DNA of 64,000 nucleotides. Source: Batkoa obscura. Taxonomy: Eukaryota. Position 1 is the stretch's first letter. Each line of letters begins with the position of its first letter. Of this stretch, positions 34,520-47,363 are shown piece after piece. A program made the position numbers and the translations under genes. The stretch covers positions 620,001 to 684,000 of the forward strand of contig JASVEC010000020.1 in NCBI GenBank assembly GCA_030770535.1, in the 5' to 3' direction. The notes under the pieces are model-generated. The model was not told the DNA's origin. It was given only the letters and a program-made list of their open reading frames with translations, and searched no databases.

Positions 34520-35633
34520 ATATCTTAACTAGTACAAGCTTTAAGTAAAATCATTTAAATAAAATTATAATGAAAGTTGTTATATGCAAATTAAATAAAA
34601 AGTTATAATAAAACTCAGCCTCTTCATATATAATTATAACAAATTTAAATATAGGTTTTAATAACTTAGTTAATTTAATAAGTTGTCTACTTGTTTGAGA
34701 GTAAAAAAGCACTAAAAAAGTAAAGGTTAATAATTTTACAAAATCTTTCAAAAATCCTGATGTAAATAATCAATTTTTATTATTGACTATGTATTTTAAA
34801 ATTTCATGATTTTGTATACATTGTTGAAAAAAAACAGCAAATTATTTAGCTTTAGTACCTTTATTATATGATATAAAAACGTGTATTTTATAAATTAATC
34901 TATAATAGCCTAAAAATAGTTGAAACTTTAAAAACCAAAGAGATAAGTACTAAAGTTTCTTATAATACTTTAAGAAAGTCTAGTAAGCACTTCAAGAAGC
35001 TGTAATGAACTTTTATATAGATGAATTTAAGGTTTGTTTTGATAAATTCTAGAACATCTCATACATTTTTTTACAGATTTTCTGGAAATCGAAAGTTCCT
35101 TGATTACGTTTCTGGGATTCTCTTTCTACTAGCCTATAGGTTTAAAGCATTTAATATTCAAAACAATTAAGAAGGTATAAGTTCTATTAATAACAGAAAA
35201 ATCAACTCATATCCTACTAGAATTGGTCAAATACTTCATTCAATTTTTTTAAAAATCTAAGTAATATCAAATAAAACTTTTAGTTAACAAGGTTATTTTA
35301 TTAATTTTTACTAGATTTGAATTGCATATAATAAAATTTGATGTTTACCATTTTTAGTATTCCACTTTCATGATAATTTTAGTTGATCATACTAATTAAT
35401 ACCACAAATCTTAAATTTCAAATTATAAATGTTTATTTTTATCTCCTAAAGACAGTATATCCTCATATCCTATTTGAACAATAAGTTATTAAATTATCAA
35501 TAGATCTATTCTGTGTTTAGAGAAATTGTAATAACTAATTGATTTTAAGGCTAAACTCAATCAACAATTCACAGAATTATATTAAAAATATTTATTACTA
35601 AAAATTCGTCTAAAAGCTTGGTGATTTATCAGT

Positions 35634-36566
35634 ATGAACATCGTTACCTTTCTCATATCATTCCTCCTTAAAAAAATAATTTCCCCTACTATAAGTATAA
35701 TAGAAAGCAACACGGAACCGATAACTTCAATAGGGGCTGAGTGGTACAACAAGCCAATCACAGATAACACGATTAAACCAAGTATAAATGATGCTATTAA
35801 ACATGTTAATTATGCTGCAGCGGCTCTATGTACTAATACTAGTTTGCAAAACTGGAGTTGCAAACCATGTCAAAATGTACAAGGAACGGAGCTAATAACA
35901 ACATTTAGTAATAAACTATTAGGAACAGATGGTTATTTAGCCGTGAATGATGATGAACAAGCCATAATATTGGCCTTTCGCAGTACACAAGATTTAGAAA
36001 ATTGGATATCTGATCTGGAATTGGTTGAAATACCCTTTAGTAGTGCAAATGGTATTGGTGCTCGAGTACATAGTGGGTTTTTAGGAGCTATGGAATCCCT
36101 TTCTGGCTCTTTCTTAAAGGCGTTGAAAATTGCGTTACAGAACCAAGATTATAAAGCCTACAAAATCAAAGTTATTGGTCATTCACTGGGAGGGGCTATG
36201 GCTTGTTTAGGTATGATAAAGGCTAAAGATAAGCTTAATTTGTCGTGGGATAGATTTGAACTATATACTTACGGGCAGCCACGTGTAGGAAATGTAGAAT
36301 TTGCTGAATGGTTTGATGCTTTACCAATCACTGTTGCTAGATCTGTGAACTATAATGATCCTGTACCTAGATTGCCACCTCCTTCTATATTTAGATATGC
36401 TCATCACGCCAATGAGCTTTTTGTTAATCGAACATCTGCAAGTTATTGTGATTCTTCGGTATTAGAGGATCCTAATTGTACGCTAAGGGTTCCCGATACT
36501 AAATTATTTGCTAGTGCACATTTAACTTATTATAACATCCCTGTTAGCGCATCTAAAGCGTGTTAA
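35634..36566 (+). CDS. Class-3 lipase
   Basis: AFRST, VHSGF, GHSLGG, GQPRVGN, DPVPRLPP, HLTY. Confidence 0.95.
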   Translation: MNIVTFLISFLLKKIISPTISIIESNTEPITSIGAEWYNKPITDNTIKPSINDAIKHVNYAAAALCTNTSLQNWSCKPCQNVQGTELITTFSNKLLGTDGYLAVNDDEQAIILAFRSTQDLENWISDLELVEIPFSSANGIGARVHSGFLGAMESLSGSFLKALKIALQNQDYKAYKIKVIGHSLGGAMACLGMIKAKDKLNLSWDRFELYTYGQPRVGNVEFAEWFDALPITVARSVNYNDPVPRLPPPSIFRYAHHANELFVNRTSASYCDSSVLEDPNCTLRVPDTKLFASAHLTYYNIPVSASKAC

Positions 36567-37991
36567 GTTCATAAATATACTACTCCTTCTTCTATTCGTT
36601 TTATTTCATAAATATATTAACTTAACATTGCTTGAAATAAAAAATTTGTTTAAGACATTAAATATTTTATAGAGTTCACCTGCTACAATTAAAAAAAATA
36701 CGGAGAATTAGCTTTTTTAGACACTCTTGAACAGGGAAACTATTCACTCCTTTAGATGTTTTTCAAACAGAAGTTAAAAAAGTTGGAACAAGAGTTTATT
36801 ATTCAAAGTTTTTATTTATTTAGTTTTTATTAAATAAGCCCTGTTTATTCTTTTTGACTGTTTGACAATTATTTAGAGATTACTTGCTATATAAAAGCCG
36901 GAAGATGAACACTCTAGATTATGGTTCCTATCTCAACTTTGTTATCTTCATGTCAATTCTTGCTTTCCAATATTCAATTTCTTTTCAAAAAGTGTGCTTT
37001 TTATAGAGTATTGATTTTTTTCATCAAGGGTTTGAAAATATCCGAAAAGAGTGTATAATATTGTAAATCAATTTGCCTTCAAAATAGAGATGGGAAGCGG
37101 TTATTTATTTAATCTATCCTTTTAGAAGCCTTTTCTATTCGAAAGTAAAGGCGAACAAAGCGAGAATTAGTAATAAGAAGCCAAAAAGGTTGAAAAAGAA
37201 ATCGTTTAATCAAACATAGTTAAAAAACCAAGATTAATTAATAAAAAAGATTTAAAGATAAAATGTCCTCAAAAAGAGTATTTAAATATTATTCTTTAAG
37301 TTGCATACTTTATTAACTAAAGTTCTTTGGATTTTACTTAATTAGTTTTATTTTATTCTGTTTTGCTTCCTTTTGAATTTTATCTGAAAAAACTTGCTAC
37401 CATTTTTTAAGATATGACATCAAAGTAAAAAATACAGGTTTGATAAACAATAAAAGAATCGAAAAATGTGAATTTAATTGAAAGTTAATATGTGTGTTTA
37501 TGAACTTATAGATAAAAGCTGAAGTATTAAACAATGCGATATTCAAGGTCAGTTTATTATATTTTTAGTTCTACTTAATCACAATATCAAGCTAAAAGCC
37601 TATAGAGATAAAAAAAATATTACCAAATTTAAATAAAAGTTATCTTTTTTAATCTTTTATTTTTACACCTATCTTTGTTGATCAAACTATTTAAATGTAT
37701 ATATTAGAGATTGTATACTATCGATCTTTATCTCAAAATTAAGCTCTTTCCTATTTATTTTTGAGCAAATCAGGCACTATCTATTTAACTTCAATTATAA
37801 AAGCCATAAAAGTATCCATATTCACGTATTTAAGTAGATCATTCAATCAACTTTGTAAACTTGTTCAGCTTTTAGGTGAATAATAAAAAAACATAAGATC
37901 AAAAGATAAACTTGATACTTAATTAAAAAATTATACTAAGTAATCGTATATAGCGAATAATAAGTAAGAACACACTTAACTTCCTATTTAT

Positions 37992-38924
37992 ATGAGGCCT
38001 ATTCTTTATTTTTTATCATTATTGTTAACTAACACGGCTTCTCCCACTGCTACTATAATACAAAACGATACAGACTCTCCAAAATCAGGAGAAATTAAAT
38101 GGTATAATAAGGAGATAATAAATAATACAATTAAGCCGAGTATAAATAATGCAATGAAGTATATTAATTATGCCTCAGCAGCTTTGTGTAATGACACTAG
38201 CTTAAAAGCTTGGGATTGCAAACCATGTAAAAATGTAGAAGGCACTCAACTAGTGACAATATTCAATAATTTTTTTTCAAGTACAAAAGGGTATATAGCT
38301 ATCAATCATTATAGCCAAGCTATTATATTGACTTTTCGTGGCACAAAAAGTTTAATAAATTGGGGATCTAACCTAGAACTGATACAAATACCCTTTGGTA
38401 GTGTAAACGGCACTGGCGCTCTAGTGCATATTGGATTTTTAGGTGACATGGAGTCTGTTTCTGGCCTTTTTCTAGATGGTTTGAAAAGTTTATTGCAAAA
38501 CCCGCTATATTCAAGCTATAAAATCAAGATTATTGGCCATTCATCAGCTGCAGCTATAGCTTCATTGGCTACAATTAAAATCAAGGACAAGTTTGATTTA
38601 CCATGGAATAAATTAGAATTGTATACTTATGGGCAACCACGCACAGGGAATGTACAATTTGCAGAATGGTTTGATACTTTGCCTATTACAGTTTCTAGAT
38701 CTGTAAATTATCATGACCCTGTGCCTAGGCTACCTCCTCTATCTTTATTTAATTATGCACACCATACTAATGAGCTGTTTATTAATGGGACATCTGTAAC
38801 TTATTGTGACTCCTCGGTATTAGAAGATCCCAACTGCGCCCTAAGTGTCCCTAGCAAAGAATTAAATCCGAATGCCCATCTGAGCTACTATAATGTTTCA
38901 TTTGATGTAACTGATGCATGTTGA
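37992..38924 (+). CDS. Class-3 lipase with variant nucleophile elbow (GHSSAA)
   Basis: Full-length paralogue; catalytic Ser, Asp and His retained. Confidence 0.92.
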   Translation: MRPILYFLSLLLTNTASPTATIIQNDTDSPKSGEIKWYNKEIINNTIKPSINNAMKYINYASAALCNDTSLKAWDCKPCKNVEGTQLVTIFNNFFSSTKGYIAINHYSQAIILTFRGTKSLINWGSNLELIQIPFGSVNGTGALVHIGFLGDMESVSGLFLDGLKSLLQNPLYSSYKIKIIGHSSAAAIASLATIKIKDKFDLPWNKLELYTYGQPRTGNVQFAEWFDTLPITVSRSVNYHDPVPRLPPLSLFNYAHHTNELFINGTSVTYCDSSVLEDPNCALSVPSKELNPNAHLSYYNVSFDVTDAC

Positions 38925-40023
38925 ATCCTTAAATTATATGCGTTGTATTTAATTAATTCATTTGATTCATAATTTGTATAACTTGGTGCCTATTTTTTAT
39001 AAAAAAAAAATTAAAAATTAAGCGGTCTATAGGCCTTGTTTATTAAAACTAAGAAGGAATAAAGGGAACAAACTTCCCTTAAATATTTTAACAAGCTATA
39101 GATATTTTTGAAAAATGAAAAATTAGGCCTGAGCTATTATCCAAACTCCCTTTTTTATATTTTTTAATAGTTGAGTTTTTTATTGTTCTCTTTCATTGCT
39201 TGCTGATTATTCAGAAGATCACCCATAATGAAAAACAAAGGACTAGTTACTCTGAATAATAGACCCTTTTCATAGTTTCTTTTACTTTATAGTAGTTTAA
39301 ACTAGCAAGTTTTTGCTTTCTTCTTAGTACAGCTTTAAAATCATCCTGTGAAGATACGAAAATTGTATACTATTGTATACCATTGTATAGTATGCTATTA
39401 TTTTTTAAAATAAAAACAAACATATAGCTACTTCAATTCAGATGTGGCATTACTACCTTTCTATTTCGAATAAAAAGAATCTAATTGATATAAAATCTAA
39501 ATATCAGGTTTTAAAAAGATCAACAATGGCAATCATATAATTAAAAAAACTACTACTAAGGGTGGCATATTTAAATTAAAAGAGATATAATAAAATGTGT
39601 AAGATAGTGTTAATGCCATCTTAACTATACATAGACACAATAGCAAATTGGAAAATTAGCAAAAAAATAAAAATCAATTATAATTAAATTTACGCATTTT
39701 TAGTATTTCATCTTTATGTTTACCTGTGCTTATTAAATCATTCAACATGGGAAATTTATAAATTAAATCCTTGCCTTGCATTACCTTTAATCCTTTTGTT
39801 TTATTTATAAATAAGATATAGGCCATCAATTTAAAATTAGTTAAAAAAGGCGCCTTTTGAAAGCACTATATTCCCATACTTTATCCAAATAGTAATTTAT
39901 TGTTAGGTTTATAAATTTATAACAAAATAGTGTGTTAAAACTAAGATCAATAAATAATTCAGGGAGTTTTATTGAGAAAGGATATATAATAAAGATTGAT
40001 TAGAAGTATAGCTATTTGTCAAT

Positions 40024-40956
40024 ATGAAACCCGCTGGATTTTCCTTACCGTCCTTTTCAACGAACTTGTTTCCTCATGCTATCACTAAAGCCCAAAATAA
40101 TAAAGAGCTGCGAATAACAGGAGGAACTAAATGGTATAATAAACCTATCACAGATAATACAATTAAACCAAGTATAAGTAATGCTATAAAATATGTAGTC
40201 TATGCCTCAGCAGCTTTGTGTAATGATACTAGTTTAAAAAATTGGAGTTGTAAATCATGTCAAAACGTAGAAGGAACACAATTAATAACAATTTTTAACA
40301 ACAATTTATTTGGAACAAAAGGCTATATAGCTGTAAATGATAATGACCAAGCTATTTTATTGGCATTTCATGGTGCAAAAGACATATCAAATTGGCTATC
40401 TACTGTAACTTTAATTAAGTTCAACTTTGGTAGCGTAAATGCTACTGGCGCTCTAGTAAATAGTGGGTTTTTAGGTGCTATGGAATCCATCTCAAGTTCT
40501 TTTTTAAAAACATTGAAAGCTTTATTGGAGAATCCACAATACTCAAGCTATAAAATCAAAGTTATTGGACATTCGTTTAGTGGGGCATTGGCTACTTTAG
40601 CCACAATAAAGATCAAGGATAAACTTAATCTGTCATGGGATAAGCTGGAATTGTATACTTATGGACAACCACGTATAGGAAATGTAAAATTTGCAGAATG
40701 GTTTGACTCTTTGCCTATTACGGTTGCTAGATCTGTAAAATACAGAGATCCTGTACCTAGATTACCGCCCCCATCCTTTCTTTTTTATACACATCACGCC
40801 AATGAGCTTTTTGTTAATGAAACGTCTATAAATTATTGTAATAGCTCCGTGTTAGAGGATCCTAATTGTGCGTTAAGTGTTCCTAGAACTGAATTGGATC
40901 CAAAAACTCATGGAAGCTATTTTGATGTTTCCCTTGAAACTCCTGATGCATGTTAA
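40024..40956 (+). CDS. Class-3 lipase with variant elbow (GHSFSG) and weak signal peptide
   Basis: Full-length paralogue; FHGA replaces FRGT and VNSGF replaces VHSGF. Confidence 0.92.
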   Translation: MKPAGFSLPSFSTNLFPHAITKAQNNKELRITGGTKWYNKPITDNTIKPSISNAIKYVVYASAALCNDTSLKNWSCKSCQNVEGTQLITIFNNNLFGTKGYIAVNDNDQAILLAFHGAKDISNWLSTVTLIKFNFGSVNATGALVNSGFLGAMESISSSFLKTLKALLENPQYSSYKIKVIGHSFSGALATLATIKIKDKLNLSWDKLELYTYGQPRIGNVKFAEWFDSLPITVARSVKYRDPVPRLPPPSFLFYTHHANELFVNETSINYCNSSVLEDPNCALSVPRTELDPKTHGSYFDVSLETPDAC

Positions 40957-41063
40957 ATTTATTAAAAACTTATACTATATCTTATTTTATTTTTTATAAA
41001 ATTCTAATCTGGTGTTAATTTCTATTTAAGCTCTTTTTAAAGGCTACAGTTATTGTATTATGT

Positions 41064-41162
41064 GGGGGTGTCTTTTTTGATTTCATTACTTCTTACATTT
41101 TTCAAGTGCTATTTCAGTAAAATAATTGTTAGTAAAATTCTTAAACAAAAAAATATATCCCC
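41064..41162 (+). mobile_element. ~99-bp MITE
   Basis: Flanks ATGT/ATAT. Confidence 0.84.
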
Positions 41163-42100
41163 ATATTTTATTTATAAGAAATATAAAGAACTGCTTTACC
41201 CATGTACCTCAATTGAATAGCTTTTGTATATAAGAGTTTATTTAATCCATTTGTGTTTTCTAAAATATACATGGACAAAGTATATTCAATTTATTTACAG
41301 TGTTTTTATTATATTACGGCTATAACAAGAAAAAAAGATAGTGATATGGTTGGTAACAGCTAGAAAATAAAAGGCTATGAACTTACAATCAATTGATTTA
41401 AAAATGAACAAATATGAATCCTTTAACAAAAAAAGAAGGGGTATAAAAAACATCAAGTATCAAAACAATTATCATAAAGATTAGCTTTTAAATACTTTTT
41501 GGATCTTGTGTTTTATCCTTGAAATTTGTTAAACTTAGATTATTAGTCTCATTTTGCACTTTTTCCACTGGTTAAATTTTTATCAAGTACTTTGTTCTTA
41601 GATTTTAGTAATATTTGTGCCTTTGTGCTGTTAAAAATATAGAAATATAATGTAATTAAAGGTTATAATTCTTTAGGATAGCTTTATTATCCCTTTGATC
41701 TTAAATACGCTTTTTAATGAGTCAAAAACCAAAATAGAGGAAAAGTATTATTAATTTATATTAAATTTACATTTTCTAATATCCCACTTTTATGTTTATC
41801 TATGTTGATCAAGTAATTTAATACCATAAGAATTTTAAAGTTATGTATTTTAACCCGAATTTGTATTCAGTTCCTTTTTTTTACTCTTAAATAGGCTACA
41901 CTATATTTAAATTAATTGAATTCCTTTGCTTCTAAACAACATCTCATATTTTGTTTGGCATAGTATATCTGGTATTAGTTTTATAAGCCATACAATCTAT
42001 AAAGGAAATATAAAACATTACATTTAAAAACAAATTCAAAAAAAAAGCATCTAAGCTAATATTTAGTAAAAATTATATAAAATCCTAACAGTTTATTATT

Positions 42101-43033
42101 ATGAATGTTGTAATCTATTACTTAACATTTCTTCTAAATAAAATAATCTCCCCCATTGTAGTCCCAATGAAAAATGATATAGGTCTGGTTACAAAAGGAG
42201 ACACTAGATGGTATAACAAGCAAATTACAAGCAACACAACCAAAGCAACTAAAGACAGTGTTATAAAATATATAAATTATGCTTCTGCAGTTTTATGTAG
42301 CGATGCTAGTCTAAAAAAATGGAATTGTAAACCATGCCAAAATATAAAGGGGGCACAATTGATAGCAACATTCAGCAATTCTTTTTTAAGTACAAAGGGC
42401 TATTTAGCCATAAATAATAATGATCAAGCAATCATATTATCTTTTCGTGGTACAAAGGATTTTTTAAATTGGGAGTATGCTTTAGATTTGGCTGAAGTAA
42501 GCTTTAGTAGTGTAAATAGTACTAGAGCTCGAGTGCATGGCGGATTTTTAGCTTCTATGGAATCCATATCTGGTTCTTTTTTAAATGCACTAAAGGCTTT
42601 GTTGAAGAATCCCCAATACTCAAATTATAAAATTAAAGTTATCGGGCATTCCTTAGGTGGATCCATAGCAACTTTGGGTATGATAAAGATTAAAGATAAG
42701 CTTAATTTGTCATGGGATAGATTTGAACTATATACTTATGGACAGCCACGTACTGGAAATGTAGAATTTGCTGAATGGTTTAATGCCCTACCCATCACAG
42801 TTGCTAGATCTGTAAACTATAATGATCCCGTACCAAGGCTACCTCCTTTATCTATGTATAATTATGTACATCATACCAACGAGCTTTTTATCAATGGCTC
42901 CTTTATAAATTATTGTAACTCTTCAGTGTTGGAAGATCCCAAGTGTGCACTAAGTGTTCCTGATCGTGAGCTAATTCCAAATACTCATCTAACTTACTAT
43001 AATATTTCACTTAAGGCATCTAGTGCATGCTGA
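42101..43033 (+). CDS. Class-3 lipase
   Basis: SFRGT, VHGGF, GHSLGG, GQPRTGN, DPVPRLPP, HLTY. Confidence 0.95.
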   Translation: MNVVIYYLTFLLNKIISPIVVPMKNDIGLVTKGDTRWYNKQITSNTTKATKDSVIKYINYASAVLCSDASLKKWNCKPCQNIKGAQLIATFSNSFLSTKGYLAINNNDQAIILSFRGTKDFLNWEYALDLAEVSFSSVNSTRARVHGGFLASMESISGSFLNALKALLKNPQYSNYKIKVIGHSLGGSIATLGMIKIKDKLNLSWDRFELYTYGQPRTGNVEFAEWFNALPITVARSVNYNDPVPRLPPLSMYNYVHHTNELFINGSFINYCNSSVLEDPKCALSVPDRELIPNTHLTYYNISLKASSAC

Positions 43034-43580
43034 AACCCTTGAGAAACATAGACTAGAATTTAACTATTTATTATGTTTAATAAAAGTTTGATTTAATTTA
43101 ACTTAGTTAAATTTTGGAGGCAATATCGAACTTTTATAATACAGATATTCCGACTCTTTTGAGCTTTTTGACTACTTAGTTAAAAAAAAATTAGAACATT
43201 TGGTTAAATGTAATGATAAGACTTTGAAGAAATCATCCAAATAAATTAACTATAAAAACTATTAATAAAAGTCCCAAACGAGTTACAACAGCTGTACAAA
43301 TATGCTTACTCTAATCTATACCCTTATCTTGATTCAAAGGTCTTTATTGAGAGCTAACAAATTTTTAGTAGGTTTTGATCTTTAAATGATTATATTTAAC
43401 TATTATCAATATGGTTTGATAACAATAGTCTAATTATTTATAAGTTTTAAATATTAAAATTAAAATTAAAGCAATAGATACAAGGTTACATAAGAACACA
43501 CTTTATTGTAATATAATATAGTAAAAGTTTAAATAAAATCAAAATAAACCTTATTTGAAGTTTACTAACTTATTAAACTT

Positions 43581-45473
43581 TTAGCACTCCTTGAAGTCGG
43601 AATGGCTTTGATAACTTTGTTGAGAATAGTTGGATTGTTGAGAACAGTTAGATTGGTGTTGAGAGTAATTTGATTGTTGTTGGGAAAGGTTAGATTGTTG
43701 GGAGCAGTTAGGTTGTTGTTGAGGATAACTGGGTTGCTGGTGAGGATGACTATGTTGTTGGGAAAGGTTTGATTGTTGTTGAGAATAGTTAGATTGTTGG
43801 TTAGAATTGCTAGTTTGTGAGTTTTGGGTCAAGGTACTGGTGCTGCTTGCAGATGATTGACTACCAAACTGGGCTTCAGTAACACCTGATCCCATTGCTG
43901 CAGTTGAAGATAAGCCGCCAGTAGCTATAGCAACTAAATTATCGACGTATTGGGCACCAGACCATTTTTGGTGAGAAAGTGTTTCTACACTGTGATGACG
44001 CTCTTTACGTTGAATGGTCTCAACATAAGCCAACATACCACGGTTAGCAAAATCACGGGCAAAGAGGTCAATTGCAAGAGAATTAGCATGGAAACCAGCT
44101 AAAGTAATGAATTGCCATACATAACCTAAGCGACCTAAATCAGTAATAAAAGATTGGATTTGAGTGTCATTCATATTGGCTGCGTCCCAGTTGAAGGATG
44201 GAGAAAGATTGTAAGAAAGCATAGCATTTGGATAAACGGAATGGACACCTTGAGCAAACTCTTTAGCTTGGCTATAGATAGGAGCAGCTGATTCCATCCA
44301 AAGCATATCAGAATATGGTGCATAAGCAACGGAACGAGCAATAGCACATTTCACACCACCATTAAGACGGTAATATCCTTCTTTAGTTCTAGGAAGATCC
44401 CAATCCCAGAAGGTTTCAAAGCCCATGGATTTAGCTAATTCACGTGCTTCATAGTAGCTAAGCTCTTGGGAACGGCAATTCCATTTGGAAAGGTTAGCTT
44501 CTACATTACTGCAATTAGTTTGACGGATTTTACGAGCAACAGCCTCAGTAAAGGTTACAAGGTCAGCCTCATCAAGCCATTGTTCTTGAATGGCATGAAG
44601 TTGCTGAGCTGTTTTACCAGCTTTAACAGCTTCTTCTAAAATAGTAACAAGAGGACGTAAGCAGTTGTTAGTAGTACCTAAAATAAATGGATGATCACGA
44701 CGGTCAATATTACTGGTGAGAAGCTGAGCAGCTTCAGCATCAGTACGGGAAACAAGGATAGTTTCAGTATTCATAATATCAAATTGAGCACGGATAGCAA
44801 TAAGACGAGAAATGTGTTCAGAAGTAGGAACTAAAACTTTACCTCCCATATGACCACATTTCTTAGTACCAGCAGCCTGATCTTCAATATGGATACCAGC
44901 AGCACCTCGTTCAACGAACATTTTAGCAAGCTTCATGACAGCGGTTAAACCACCATGACCTGAGTCAGCATCAGCAATGATTGGTCGTAAGAAATCAGTA
45001 TATGGAACTGTCTTTCTTTGTTCTGAAGTTAAACCGAAACGCTCTTCACGTTGCTTTCTATCATGGAATAACTGAGCACGGAAAAGTTGATCTACTTTAT
45101 TTGGTACAGTATCCATTGGGTAATCAGCAAGATCTGGTCCTGGTTCATTGGAGGTGGAAGCAGTAGAAGAGCATTGCCATCCAGAAACATAAATGGTTTC
45201 GTGATATTTGGCCATTTGAGTTACTTGAACGGGGTCAAGAGCACCAAATGTATAAGAAGTGGTACGGCTATGTTGATGACGCTTTAAAAGAGACCATAAC
45301 TTTTTTGCTTGAACATTGGATGGATATTCAATTTTAAGGGTACCACGTTTAGAAGCAATAGATTGAGCAGTATAAGGACGCTTTACATGAGAAAAACGAG
45401 AGGATGCCCACCAAGTGGATAAATGATTAAGCTCTTCGTCGTAGCAAGTTGTTTCGTTACAGAATTGAGTCAT
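43581..45473 (-). CDS. ICL1: Isocitrate lyase (glyoxylate cycle) with a C-terminal Gln/Ser-rich extension
   Basis: [52 protein letters not shown] and [10 protein letters not shown] (the ICL rather than methylisocitrate lyase signature); intronless. Confidence 0.97.
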   Translation of the reverse strand: MTQFCNETTCYDEELNHLSTWWASSRFSHVKRPYTAQSIASKRGTLKIEYPSNVQAKKLWSLLKRHQHSRTTSYTFGALDPVQVTQMAKYHETIYVSGWQCSSTASTSNEPGPDLADYPMDTVPNKVDQLFRAQLFHDRKQREERFGLTSEQRKTVPYTDFLRPIIADADSGHGGLTAVMKLAKMFVERGAAGIHIEDQAAGTKKCGHMGGKVLVPTSEHISRLIAIRAQFDIMNTETILVSRTDAEAAQLLTSNIDRRDHPFILGTTNNCLRPLVTILEEAVKAGKTAQQLHAIQEQWLDEADLVTFTEAVARKIRQTNCSNVEANLSKWNCRSQELSYYEARELAKSMGFETFWDWDLPRTKEGYYRLNGGVKCAIARSVAYAPYSDMLWMESAAPIYSQAKEFAQGVHSVYPNAMLSYNLSPSFNWDAANMNDTQIQSFITDLGRLGYVWQFITLAGFHANSLAIDLFARDFANRGMLAYVETIQRKERHHSVETLSHQKWSGAQYVDNLVAIATGGLSSTAAMGSGVTEAQFGSQSSASSTSTLTQNSQTSNSNQQSNYSQQQSNLSQQHSHPHQQPSYPQQQPNCSQQSNLSQQQSNYSQHQSNCSQQSNYSQQSYQSHSDFKEC

Positions 45474-46924
45474 GTTGAAGTAAAAATGATTGATATGACA
45501 AATTTTTCTTTCTTTTTAAACCTTTTTGGGTGTGTAGAATTGTTGTCGTCATCTATTATTTCAACAAATCTGATGAAACGTCAACCTAAGAATAGTGCCA
45601 ATTATTTATTTGATAACACAATTTGATTGAGTATAATTATAAGGGTTAAATGTGGGTAGTAAGTGTAAGTGCCAAAAAAATTGGGATTAAACCAATCACC
45701 TTTATATGTAAGGTAACTAACATTTATTTAATTTCTCCTTTTTTTAATAGCAAAACTGACAAAAAAAACTCGTTATTTAAAGGAGTAAAAAGCTAAACAT
45801 AAAGTGAATGAATGTCTGATTAATAATTGAACATAGATGCCTTTTTTACCCGCTATTTTTTGCTTTTTATCCTTAAATTGATGTTTTTAGTTAAGTCATC
45901 TATCAAATGAAAACATAGCCATATGTTATTTAGACTTCATATTTTCAAAAAATTAAAATTGTAATCATCCACATCCAATAAAAAGACACAAAAAAATGGT
46001 TTTTAAAAAACGAACTCTAGTTAAAGCTAACAGTAGTATAATTGAAAATTTCTTAATCATTGGCTCAATTTGACTAAAGGATAAATGATTCCAATTTAAA
46101 ATGAAAGTTTAGGTAAACTAGGGTTAAAAGCTCAAATCATTAATTGCAATAGATAAATTACTATCAAACTTCTTTTTTTATAAATCGCTAACAAGCTTTC
46201 TAAATTTAAATTTCAAGTATTTTCATCTGAACTAATGTCTTCAACTAAGAACTTTTTATCTTCCAGTTTAAGTAAAGCTTTTGTCATGCTATTAATTGCT
46301 TCACATTTGACTTAAAAGTGATTGGTAGGAAGATAAAAAAAATTATCCGAAATCAGCCAATCAGTTATGATTATTTGTTTAAATAAATTCAAATCAAAAC
46401 AATTTTAATAGTTTATAACACATTTTTATAAAAATAAAAATAAAATTCATCATGTAGAATCTACCAAATTCTAATGCAAAAATTAAATAAACGCAAATCT
46501 AACCTTATCTTTAATCACTTAACTTTTTTATAAATTAAAACTAATATAATAGCTAAATAATGTTAATTTGAAGTTAAAATAAGTTAAGGTTAAGGCTATA
46601 ATTTAGAAACAATATAAAATGTTAATATTCTTTAATTTAAAATACTTGTGTTTATTTTTAATTAAACTATTATTAATTTATCTAAGTAAGTGTAATTATA
46701 TTATAATGCAAACTTGTCATAAATATAAAAGTTATTAGCTTTAAAATTACTATGTTTTAATCAAAAATACTTTAAATAAGATAACACTATTTATATGAAT
46801 TAAGTTGAATAAAAAAGTTTGAATCAGTTTAGACTTTTAATAATTTTAAATAGTTTAAAATTGATTATGAAATATAATACTATAAATGATAAGAATTTGT
46901 TAAAATTTATTAATAATGATATAT

Positions 46925-47022
46925 GGGGGTGTTTTCTTGGCTTCATTGCTTTTTATATCTTTTAAGCGCTATTTAAGCGGAAAATTTTTTAGTAAAATTC
47001 TTGAACATAAAAATATATCCCC
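46925..47022 (+). mobile_element. ~99-bp MITE
   Basis: TSD ATAT/ATAT. Confidence 0.87.
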
Positions 47023-47314
47023 ATATATTAGCTTTTTAAATTATTTTTATTTATTGGAATTTAATATAGAGTGTATTTATTAAACAATAAGTATTAATTA
47101 ACAAAACTGGTTTTTATATTATTTTGCTTTAAATACTTCTAGTTTATTTATTAATAAAAACTCTAAATAACTTTTAATAAAAAATGTATTAATGCTTTTA
47201 AAAAAAAACTATTTTTAATATATTAAAGCATAATAATATAATGTATATATACAAATTTAGTATACTTAGTAGTCTTTATTTTATATTATTTAACACTTAA
47301 TTTACTTAAATATT

Positions 47315-47355
47315 ACTTAAAAATAGAAAAAATGACAAAGTTAAAAAAACACCCC
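47315..47355 (-). mobile_element. MITE fragment next to the LTR-like element
   Basis: CTTAAAAATAGAAAAAATGACAAAGTTAAAAAAACACCCC matches one half of the MITE. Confidence 0.6.
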
Positions 47356-47363
47356 TATTTAAC

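Noticed and set aside
43581..45473. Methylisocitrate lyase assignment
   Set aside because: WQFITLAG is the ICL signature and there is no mitochondrial presequence.
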